From NCBI GenBank assembly GCA_030770535.1, contig JASVEC010000025.1, positions 248,001-312,000 on the forward strand: a stretch of DNA of 64,000 nt. Direction: 5' to 3'. Both the position numbers and the translations under genes were made by a program. Shown piece after piece: positions 25,508 through 36,680 of the stretch; the stretch's first letter is position 1; every line of letters begins with the position of its first letter. The notes under the pieces are model-generated. The model made no database searches and had not been told where the DNA came from. It was given only the letters and a program-made list of their open reading frames with translations. This DNA comes from Batkoa obscura (taxonomy: Eukaryota).

Positions 25508-25950
25508 TTTATCCCCTTTTTGTATCAAAGACAATGTTAAGGATTTTGTTCTTTTTTCTCTATATTTTTTGGATTGCGCATTTTTGGGATTTTATAGATT
25601 TTCTACAAGAAAATGAATTATTTGCAATTAAATTTTATTTAAATATTGTGCTTGAAAAAGATGTAGTTTAATTAAATAAAAATTCTACAAACCCTAAAAA
25701 TTGATATAATATAATCAAACGAAGATGACTCAAAAGATATTTGGAATGAAAGGATTAAAGGAGTATATGTGTGATAAAGTTGAAAAAATCATTATATTTA
25801 TTGAAAATGAAATATCTACGCTTTATGCTAATTTAGTCAATCATATTTAAAATATAAATAAACAAGCTATTAATAAAAAAACTAAAATACTTTTATAAAA
25901 AATAATATAACTAAGTTTTAATAAATTTAATACTAATAGAAAAACTTTTA

Positions 25951-26197
25951 TTTATATTAGTTAAACTTTTATTCTTATTGAATAAAGATGAATTTATAAA
26001 GAAATTTTTATTATAAATTTATATTAAATAAGTTTGTTTTTCTTTTTTAAGCTTAAAATTGGCAATTTTCGATAAAAGTATACCAACATACATTAATAAA
26101 TTGACACTGCCAGAAATTAAAATAAACTTAAATTTACAATTAAAATTTCTATAAATTCATCTTTATCCAACAAGAATAAAAGTTTAACTAATATAAA
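25951..26197. repeat. Foldback: ~70-bp inverted arms around a ~107-bp spacer
   Basis: 25951-26021 (tttatattagttaaacttttattcttattgaataaagatgaatttat...) against 26129-26197, reverse-complementary with few mismatches. Confidence 0.7.
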
Positions 26198-27533
26198 CAA
26201 ACTTAATTTTGTATATTGTTATATTATTATATTTATTTTTGATATTAACATTATTATCACAAAACAAGTTAGTATAACAAAATACATTTCAAATAGCATA
26301 ACTTTTCAAATAAACGAGTTAAAATCTAATATTTTTTACAACAATACTAATAACATCAATGAAAATTGCTCTTACTTTTAATCAAACAATTTAATTAATT
26401 TATTTGCTTAGAACATTGTTTAAAAAACCCATAACTATTAAAATTATAAAATATTTTGTTAATTAAAAAAAATTAAAAACTAAATTTTTATTCAGAGATA
26501 GTAAAGCCAAAGTAGTGAAAAAAGTAGCCAAGGTGTTGCCCCCATGTTGAGATTTACTATTTCGCTTCAGCTTTATAACAAAAGCGCCACTTTAATACCC
26601 TTAAAAGTATGACTTAAGTCTGATCGTATAGTAGCTTTTACTAAAAAATAAAAAGTATTTTAGTCATTTAATTACTGTAGGTAAATTATACTTGATTAAT
26701 TTTGTAGAGGGAAGTATAAATTGATGAATATGCGTTATTAAATTTGAATTGAGTAAACCAAAAATGATGCTTTAATAATTCAAAATGAACTGAAAATTCT
26801 AATTTATTTGAATAGGAATTATGTCGAAATGTTTGGTACTTAAAAGATTAATAGAATCTAGCTATTCAATTTGTCCAATTTTTAAATTAGATAGTTAGAT
26901 GGAATAGAGTTAGGTTAGTTAAATTGAAGAGTTAAATGAAATACAATACAAACTGTAAGCTTGGCTTAAGATGAAAGTTTAATATAATATGTTGAGGATT
27001 TCTTATTGTTGTGATTGTTGGAGTGAAATTCAATATTTAATGAAGATGCACAAATATTCATTATTTAATAGTAGGATTTAAGAAAAGTCATAATAACTTA
27101 TTATAATAAATTAAATAACTGTTTTGTATTTTGTTACAATTTTAATGAATTCAAAAAAGTTTATAACATTTTAAAATTGGATATTCTATCCCTAGTTATT
27201 CTAACAACAAACTTGTTTTTGATTTTTTTTTATAACGCTAAGTTCTAGTTAACCTTGACTTAAATCTGGAATCTATTAACTTTATAGAACCCCGGATTGC
27301 TTTCAAATATCTGAGTTTATGAAATTTTAAAAGTATCTCAAGTTATTACTTAAGCTACTAAAAATAGTTAATATTCTGCGTTTATTTTTTAATTCAAAAA
27401 GAATAAATCCGTTTTATGGTTTTAAAATAAAAAATAATAATAAATAAAATTTCGATATTTTATTGCTAACAATTAATTGACTTTTGTTTCGATTTTTTTA
27501 GAATATTGATTTTATTTTGTTTTTTTAGTTCAA

Positions 27534-30500
27534 ATGAATCATGAAACTACAACTAAACAGCTTAAAAATAACAATGAATACGGTATTAACCATTCAGATG
27601 ATCCACATTTAAATGAAACTAAGACAAATTTGAAATCAATGACACCAAACTTGAATTTGATGCCAAGCCGAGAGGATAATAATCTTAATATTAACAACTC
27701 CATTTCTACTTCTAATAGGATTATAACTCAACAAAAAGAAATGGATTCAAATAACAATAATAATAATAATGTTGAATATAACAACGTATCAGACATGAAT
27801 TTTAATTCAATGGTTCTCCCAAATTTAAATTTTACTAATGACTTATTTCCAGTTGAAGAGCTAATTCAGGAAAGAAAAAGCGAGAATGCGAAGGAGAAGG
27901 AACAAGAAGAAGATGAAGAAAGGTATACAAACGAAGGATATAAGGAAATTGAAAGGTATGAAGAGAGGTATGAAGAAGTGGAAAAAATGAAGTATGAGGA
28001 TTTTAACTATTCAAGGGAAACGTATGAAGGATCGAGATATAATGAACAAATTTATCAAAATGAAAGGTATGAAAAAGAGAATGAAGAAAAATATAATAAT
28101 GAAGGATATGAGAAAGCAGGAAGGTATGACGAAGAAAGGTATGACGAAGAAAGGTATGATGAGAGGTATGATGAAGAAGATGAAGTAAAAAGGTATACGG
28201 AAGAAAGATTTGAAGAAGAAAGGTTTGAAGAAAGGTTTGAAGAAGAAAGGTTCGAAGAAGAAAGATTCGAAGAAGACCAATATGAGGAAGGAAAAAGATA
28301 TGAAGAGGAAAAGTATGAGCAATCGTTGGAAGTAAAGTATTTAGAAGAAAGGTATAAAGATAGCGAAAACATTAATGAAAGGTATAATAAAGATGCACAC
28401 GAAGAAAAAAGATATCAAGAGAGAGTGTATGAAGGAGAGGAAAGAAGAAGAAATGATTTGGAAAGGTATAAAGAAAGTAATTATATAGATGAAAGGCAAG
28501 GAGAAGATCGATACAACGAGGATGAAGATGAAGAATATATCAATGAAGCTCAAGAATATTATTTAAATGAGAGTAATCCAAATTTTGAACACGATATAGA
28601 AGGCTTAAAAACAATAAATATTTACGAACACGACGAAAAGAATCATAAAGAATATTACTTAAATGAGAGTAATCAGGGATCTGAATATGAATTAAATGGT
28701 TTACAAACAATAGATAATTATAAACATGAAGAAATCAATCATCAAGAATCTTATTTAAATCAAAATAATCAAAATTTTAAACATAATTTACAAGAGTTAC
28801 AAAGTAACAATAATTATAATCATGAAGATGAATTATTAAAAACAAATATTGAAATCGATATTACTGATTTATCAGCAGCAATTAAGGAAGAATTAAATAT
28901 AATTCAAAGTAATGTGGAACAAGATCCATTATTAACGGAAACTCAATTAAGTATGGAATCTGTATTATTACCACCTGGTAAGTTATAAACTATTTTAATT
29001 CTCTTAATTAAAAAATAAAATTTTGAAATTTAAGTAATTTAGTTAATTATATTTAAAATAGGAGAAAATAATTCCTTAGATATAACGTATAGTCAATTTG
29101 CTCAAATGTATTTAGGTGAAGAAGAAGAAAATAATGAAATTATTAATCAATTAAATGAATCTCAATTAACGATTGATATTGAAAATTTAAACTTAGGAGT
29201 TGCTTCTCCAAGTCATGCAGAGTTTCATTCTTATATTGAAGATAATGATGAATTTTTAGGGGATGAATTTTTAAAAACTATTGAGATTGATGGTAATCCG
29301 ATTAACTTAGATGAAAATGATAGAGAAGAAGATAATTATAATGAAGTAGTAAAGTATAATCATGAGTTTGATAGTAATAATTACGAAGACTACAACAATA
29401 ATAATAATAATGAACTAATAAATAATAATGAAGTTATTTTTAATGAAAGTAGTTTAATAGTAGATGATAAACATGAAATTAATTTAAAAGATAATAATAT
29501 TATATTAATTGATGAGGTAATTTACTTTTAAATAATATAAAAATATAAAATATCAATTTAATTTAATTTAATTTAATTTAATTTAATTTTAGATTGATGG
29601 TAAGCAAGGAGTAATAAGTATTAAAAGTGAATTATGTGATAGTGGAACATTATCCTCTACAAAACATTGGAAACAATATTATGTATTATTAATAGAAGCC
29701 ACCTTATTAATCTTTAAATTAAAAGAAAAAAAAGAATATAAATTTAAAGGATGGTATGATTTAGCAGGAGCAACTATATTTGAAGCAGATAAAACGCATA
29801 GTAAAAAAAACAATGTATTTTTTATTAAAACACAATCCAATTTAAATCCTTTATTTTTAACAGAAGATTTGATTCAATTTAATGATTGGTTTAAAGCTAT
29901 CAAAGATCATATTAATGCTTTCAATTTAAATCATAAGAAATCAAAATTTATTCAAATTATTACTAAATTAAATAGAAATCATAATTTAAAATTTATTGCT
30001 AAACAAGATGGTAAATTTATTTATTATTTATATTTATTAATATTTTATATTAATATTTTATATTTTATATTTTAGTAATAAGTAATAATAGTTTAACTAC
30101 ATCCTTAAGTTCACCTAAATCCAATGATGGTAAATATAAATAATATAAATAATATAAATAATATAAATAATATAAATAATATAATAATAATATAATAATA
30201 ATATAATAATGTTGTTTATTATTTAGATATCAAATTATTACGTAATAATAAAACTAAGAGTAATAAAATTATAGGCAAATTATTTCATAAATCGTCAATA
30301 TCAACATCATCCATACCAAGCAATACGAATAAAGAAATGTTTTTTACAGATAGTGATTCCGTTTGGTTTACTTTAATTGGAGATAGTGATCATATTGCTT
30401 ATGTACCTAAAAGATGTATTGAAGAATTAAATTCAAGGAATTGTTTTAATTGTCAAGGTATTTATCGATTATCTGGTAATTCAAAACAAATTAAAGATTG

Positions 30501-31082
30501 GAAATTAAAATTTATTAATATTGGTAAGTATTATTTTATAATAATAATAATAATAATAGTAATAATAATAATGTATTTTATTTTATTTTATTTTATTTTA
30601 TTTAATCTTATTTATTAGGTCCAGTATCTTTAGCTTCTGAACCTGATATTAATACCATTACTGGTATACTTAAATTATATTTTAGAGAATTGACAGAACC
30701 ATTAATACCTTTTATTGCTTATGATAATATTATTGAAACATCAAGTAAGAATTATAATACAATAATAATATACTAATAATTAAATTAAATTAAATTAGGA
30801 ATTCAAGATTATAATGAACGATTAATGGGATATAAAGATATAATATTAGAGCAATTAAGTAAAGAACAATTAAATACACTAAAATTTTTAATTGAACATT
30901 TAAAAATGATAAGTGAACATTCTGAAGAGAATTTAATGGATGCTAATAATTTAGCTATTGTATTTGGTCCAACTATTGCTCGACCTAAAGATAATAATCT
31001 TCATCCTCAATTACAACCTTTATATATGTTAGTGGAATCCCTTATTTTACAATTTGATTGGTTTTTTGATTTGGATGTTTAA
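27534..31082 (+). CDS. PH + RhoGAP domain protein with long acidic repetitive N-terminus, multi-exon
   Basis: PH-like exon (KHWKQYYVLL...DLAGATI...KKNNVFFI...WFKAIK). RhoGAP motifs GIYRLSGN, ITGILKLYFRELTEPLIP, NLMDANNLAIVFGPT. Confidence 0.85.
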
Positions 31083-31252
31083 TTAACTTACTCTTTCTAT
31101 ACTTCCTTTATAATGATCTTCTGTTCTTTCTTTTATATAGTTGAAATAATTCTTATTATTTTTATAATTAAATGGTAAAGAATAATAAAAAAGTTTATTT
31201 TTAATAACATTATAATAATAATAACTTTTATTTTTTTATATTTTATTAATAT

Positions 31253-32225
31253 TTAATACAACACACTCACTTTAGTTTTACAAGCAATAAAATTAGGATA
31301 TTTTTTCGTTAGAAATGGTTGACCATTAAGAATACTAGCAACTCTATGTGCATACGCTGGTCTAGAATATCTTACTTTATACCCTAAATTTACACTTTGA
31401 TGTGATTTTGCTGTAATAAAATAAGCTAAATTTTGATCTAAATAATCCTTTTCTTTCACTATCCCATTCTTTTTTGGCATAGTTAATTCTTGTATACTTA
31501 ATTTTAAATTATCTTCATAAATCAATGGAATATTTGTTGTTTTTAAAAAGGAATAAACTTCATTAATATTACTTCTAATTGGGAGATGGCAGACCCATAT
31601 ACTACTTCCAGAACCTTCATTTTGACCTAATAGATTTTGGTTTTTTTTATTGTTATAAGTGAATTCATCTATAAAATTAAAACTTAATTTATGTCCTGCT
31701 AATAAATTGTTGAGTTTATAATCTAATAAATAAGCTAAACTTTGTTCTTTTGTATGGAGTTTTAAATATACAGTTCCATTAAATGTATAATCTAAATCTC
31801 TTGAAAAATAATCTAGAATAATAAAATTTAAAGTTAGTATTTTCTTTTTTTATTCAATAAGAGATAACTGATAAAATAACTTACATTCTATATTTTCAAA
31901 TTCTTCTTCAGGTATACTTTTACTTATCCTAAAGATATCTGAAGGTGTAACTGATAATGGTAAATGTTTTAGTTTAATATATTCACTTAATTTTCCATAT
32001 GTTTTTTCAACTAAAATAAATGTTAATTATTATATTTCTAATTTTTAAATTGTAATAATAACAAATCAACTTACGTTTTATTAAATCACTTTCAATAATT
32101 TTATAATTTAAAGAAGTAATTGGTCGATCCCATGATGTAGATGTTAATTTCGTGGTTAATTGGCGTGTTTTATTGAATTGAAGACTATGAAACAACCTTA
32201 ACCTAGTAAAATAATTAAAACTCAT
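31253..32225 (-). CDS. Probable mitochondrial protein with two RRM-like segments, 3 exons
   Basis: Arg/Ser/Thr-rich presequence-like N-terminus. YIKLKHLPLSVTPSDI...FNGTVYLKL and IWVCHLP...YKVRYSRPAYAHRVASILNG resemble RNP2/RNP1 patterns (inference). Confidence 0.55.
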
Positions 32226-32419
32226 TTTGAAAATAGAATATTGAGTTTTTTGAAATTCTTTTTTAGTTTACAAATTAGAATTTCAGTTTAATAATTGAAT
32301 CCCATAGATTAATAATTGATTCTTATTTTGATGAAAAATTAAACATAATCATCAATCAATCAAAATTTTACTAAGAAATTTAAAACATCATTTATTCAAT
32401 TCAACTAAATTCAATTAAA

Positions 32420-32884
32420 ATGAGAGCCAGCAAATTATTATTTGAAGTCATTAAGGTAAACTTAATAATCTCCTTATTAATCCCACTCACCCTTTTTCTT
32501 TTAGGTTGGCCGTATGACCAAAGTACCAGTGTATGAAAACTGTGTTCCCAGATTAAAGGAGTTATATCAAACAACATTAACCAAATTAGAAACTTTACCT
32601 AGTGATAGTTTTTATCGTAAAGCAACTACAGCTATTACTTTAAATCGCTATAATCTTATTCAACAAACAGAAGATCCTCAAGTTATTTTGGAAAAATTAG
32701 AAAGATTACAAATGGAACAATTGGTATTAGAAGCGGAAGACGAATTGAAATTAATTGATAAAGTTAAAGAAATGAAAATGTAAGTTATTTTTTAATTAGT
32801 TGAATAGTTGGAGTTTATTTATTGATACTTTTTTTTAGTTGGGAACCACTTACTGAAAAAGCTCCTGTGGATCAATATGAATAA
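32420..32884 (+). CDS. NDUFA5: Complex I accessory subunit NDUFA5/B13, 3 exons
   Basis: PRLKELYQTTLTKLETLPSDSFYRKAT...EQLVLEAEDELKL...WEPLTEKAP. Confidence 0.85.
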
Positions 32885-32961
32885 ATCGATTTATGAATTT
32901 ATTTTTATTAAATAAATATAAACAAAAAAATACGACGCAATAATTAAACAAAACATAAGAT

Positions 32962-34007
32962 TTATTTATTTTTAAAAAATCCTTCCAAATCTACATTTAA
33001 TTTAGTTGTATTTTCAATCATCGGATTATGACCACAATGGTCATAAAGAATCATAGTTAATTTTGTATTTATTTTAAATATATCAGTTACCCTATCACTT
33101 AATCCATTAATAATCAACACTTCCTTATTTTCATATTTCAAATTAAATTCTTGTAATTTCATTTTATATTGATTTTGTTTTAATAAACTTTGTACTACTT
33201 TAGAATATGATAAATAATTCCATTTTAATTGTCTTAATTTCAATTTATCTGTAGAATATTCTGGATGAATAACTCTATTTACTGATTTAGAATAAATACC
33301 ACCAAACCGATCTAAAGTACGTAATATAGATAATAAATACCATGGATATTGAATAATCCATGGTGCTGTATGGATTCCTAACACTGGTGATATTAATACT
33401 AATTTGTTTAACTGTGTTAACTCTTCAATAACTTTAGATATTACTAAAGTACCAAATGAATGACCTATTAAAATAATATTATTTTGATGTTGTTTTTGGT
33501 AAGGTATTAATATTTCAATCACATCTTTAGATATAGAATTTAAAGAATAATCTCTTTCACTATTTATAATTAAAAATTAATTTTCAAATAAATTAATAAT
33601 AATAACTCCACTTACTCTTTCGTTACTTCACTATTACCATGGCCAACTAAATCAATCGCCAATAAATTGAATTCATTATGAAATTCTTCTAATTGATATC
33701 TCCAAATCGAAACCTAAAAATTTAATCATATTAACAAACAACACCAAATCCATTTAAGACCCTCAATTACCTGTGATCCCAGACCATGAATAAATACCAA
33801 CAATGGAGCATCTTTCTTTTTTTGACTTGGTATATCAACCACTCTTAACTTCTTCCCTCTTATTTCAATTATTTTACTATGAGAAGTTAAAAGAGGGCCA
33901 TCTAATTCTATTGATTGATTGTTAGTAGCTGTTCAAGTTAAAATGAAAGATGGGGAAATGATTACCTTTAATTAACTTTTTTCGATTAAATGCAAACTCA
34001 AATTCAT
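32962..34007 (-). CDS. Alpha/beta hydrolase, multi-exon
   Basis: LVFIHGLGSQ, AIDLVGHGNS, nucleophile elbow GHSFG, GLSDRVT, CGHNPMIE. Confidence 0.85.
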
Positions 34008-34458
34008 GTTTTACAAGATAGAAGAAGATAGAGAACAATATATATGGAAGGAGTTTGAATAGAGAGTATAAAATAAAAGATAACATTTTTTTTTGGAAAC
34101 AAAAATAAAAAACAATCGCTTTGTTGGCAAAGAGGATTTTTAATGGTATAAGAGTTATTTTGAATTTTTATTCAGTTTGGAAAAAATTGTATTAAGATTT
34201 ACAGGTGCAACTAAAAAATGGTTCAAAAATTAAAGTACTAAACTTTATGCATTTGTTTCTCAAAAACTAATAATCAAAAAGGTCTTTTTAATATTTGTAT
34301 TTGATTTTGGTATATATATAGTAGCATTTTCACAAGTTATATATTAAATGAGATCTTTTAACTTATATCAAAATTTAAAAACAGGACAGTTTTTGAGGGA
34401 CCTAATAAAAAAATATTAAAAGTTGAATTACTTTTTATTATCAATAATATTAAAATAT

Positions 34459-34556
34459 GAGGCTGTATTTTTTTGTTTAAGAATTTTACTAACAATTATT
34501 CTACTCAAATAGCGCTTAAAAAATGGAAAAAACAATGAAGCTGAAAAAACACCCCC
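34459..34556 (+). mobile_element. 98-bp MITE family copy
   Basis: atat|gaggctgtattttttt...aaaaaacaccccc|atat. Confidence 0.85.
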
Positions 34557-34684
34557 ATATAATAATAACTATATAGCATATTTCATAATAATTTTCAGCT
34601 TAAACAATTCAAATATAACTGTATAATATAAACTTATTTTAAAATATATGTGTTATAATTTATAAAATTGTCAAATAATAATAT

Positions 34685-34783
34685 AGGGATCTTTTTTATA
34701 GTTTCATCACTTTTTCCATTTTTTAAGCGCTATTTGAATGGAAAAACTATCAGTAAAATTTTTAAATAAAAAAATACATCCCC
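34685..34783 (-). mobile_element. 98-bp MITE family copy
   Basis: atat|agggatc...ttaagcgctatttg...aaaatacatcccc|ataa. Confidence 0.8.
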
Positions 34784-35214
34784 ATAATGTGTTTTTTATT
34801 AAATTTATTTAAATTTATATTAAGTTTTATAAAATAAAAATATTTTTAATTATTTAATAAATTTTCATTATATAAGTTTTTATATTAAAATAAATATTTA
34901 AATTTAAAACAATAATAAAACTTTAAGTTTTAATTTATTATTAAATAAAAATTAATTGATTAAAACTTTTATGTTTATATTGAAAAAAAGCTTTAAGTAT
35001 TTTTAAGCATTAACTTAATATATATTTTTTACTGATTAATGCTATTAAAATTCTAAATATTATAAAATTCTGGTTTAAGTATTTTTTTTTAATTGCACTG
35101 TATTAGGAGAATTTTGCTTATTATCCTGTGTTAAAAATGCATTTATTTACGTCACAGAAAACAATGCCTATAAAAAACACCATTTTTTTAATTTTTAGAA
35201 ATTATTTCAAAACT

Positions 35215-36129
35215 ATGAATTTTTCATATTTACTTTATAATAAAGATTATTATTATGAAGATTTAAGTCCCTGTTTACCTGAGGGAGCTTTAAGAGCTAT
35301 TGAAGAAGATGGTGTGGATTATTTTAAGTTGTGTAGGAGTAAAGTGAGGGCATTGTTAATAGATTTAATTTGGAACAGGAACAGGAAAAAGAAGATTCTT
35401 TTGACTTTAATAAAAGGAATGAAAGGGGATTCGGGTTTTATAAAAATGATAATGATTATCCAAGGCTTGATCGAAGTAATCACAAAGGAAATGCAAATGG
35501 ATTTATATATGATAAGCTAATTAAAGAAAACCCAGAAAGAATTAAAACTAAGAAAAACGCGGAGGGTCCTTTTGATTTTGATCAAAGTAGAGACAAAAGG
35601 AAAGTAAATAGGCTCAGTATTAGGGAAAATGGTATAAATCAAATTAAGTCTAATAAAAGAATTGAAAATACACGTGAAGATTTTCAAGGAAATGACAAGG
35701 ATTCTTGTAAGTTTAATCGAAATACTAATGAACATATAGAAGAATATGATAAATGTAATCAGATTAATAAGTGAAAACAAAATGATTATAGTAAATTCAA
35801 TTAAAATGGTATTATAGAAAAATGTGGTATATTTATTAATAGTATAAAAGCCATTCCAAAGAAGGTAAGTGTTAACTCTATTCTTTATAGCTTTGGTTTA
35901 TCTTTTTATATAGAAAGAAACATCAATTCGATTTAATTCTATTAAGAATGACTTTAATTATAATGAATTTGATAGAGTTAAGATAAAATTAGGAAAGTTG
36001 GACGATAATAAATACTCGGATGGGAAAAATGCTAGTATCAGTGATGGGTTACATGTTACAAATGCTAAAGTAAGGATAATTAATTTGACGTTGAATTTAG
36101 GAAACTATTGTAAGCTAATATCGATATGA
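35215..36129 (+). CDS. Hypothetical hydrophilic protein or gene relic; exon structure uncertain
   Basis: Overlapping open frames 35128-35520 and 35370-35774, a GT-AG intron at ~35865-35913, and an open exon to 36129. No recognisable motif. Confidence 0.3.
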
Positions 36130-36226
36130 GGATGTTTTTTTTGGTTTCATTATTTTTTCCATTTTTTAGGCACTATTTGAGCGGAAAAATTGTTAGTAAA
36201 ATTCTTAAACAAAAAAATACATCCTC
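36128..36226 (-). mobile_element. 98-bp MITE family copy
   Basis: atat|gaggatgtttttttt...aaaaaaatacatcctc|atat. Confidence 0.85.
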
Positions 36227-36449
36227 ATATTTATATCAGAATATATAATAATTCAAATGAAAAACATAAAATTATTTATAAAAATGATAAAATGGGTATT
36301 AAAGGTTTAATTTATAATAAAAATATTTTATTAAATTGCATAAATCAATGTCAAAACAATCAAAGGTATGTAATATGCGAGTTATTCTCCTTCCTCCGGT
36401 TGCTCCAACATCTAATTTATCTAATGTGTTACATTAATAATGCTTATTT

Positions 36450-36547
36450 GGGGATGTATTTTTTTGTTTAAGAATTTTACTAACAATTTTTCCGCTCAAA
36501 TAGCGCTTAAAAAATGGAAAAAATAATGAAGCCAAAAAAACATCCCC
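36450..36547 (+). mobile_element. 98-bp MITE family copy with ATTT target duplication
   Basis: attt|ggggatgtatttttttg...aaaaaaacatcccc|attt. Confidence 0.9.
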
Positions 36548-36680
36548 ATTTAGTCTTTAATAAAAGTCAAATTTTAATAATTATATTTATTATTCAAATC
36601 TTAATTATAAAACTTAAATATGAAAACCAAAGTAACATGAAAATAGATTACAAATCAATTTATTATTCTATTTGATTAAT

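Larger units (their letters stand above)
34202..35100. mobile_element. Possible ~900-bp non-autonomous Tc1/mariner-like element hosting two MITEs
   Basis: ta-caggtgcaactaaaaaa ... ttttttaattgcactg-ta: imperfect TIRs with TA on both sides. Confidence 0.4.

Noticed and set aside
27994..28553. Several overlapping and antisense ORFs in the RhoGAP exon
   Set aside because: Shadows of GAA-rich repeats.
36190..36471. ORFs 36190-36471 and 57689-57940
   Set aside because: They span MITE sequence and AT-rich filler, with no independent coding evidence.
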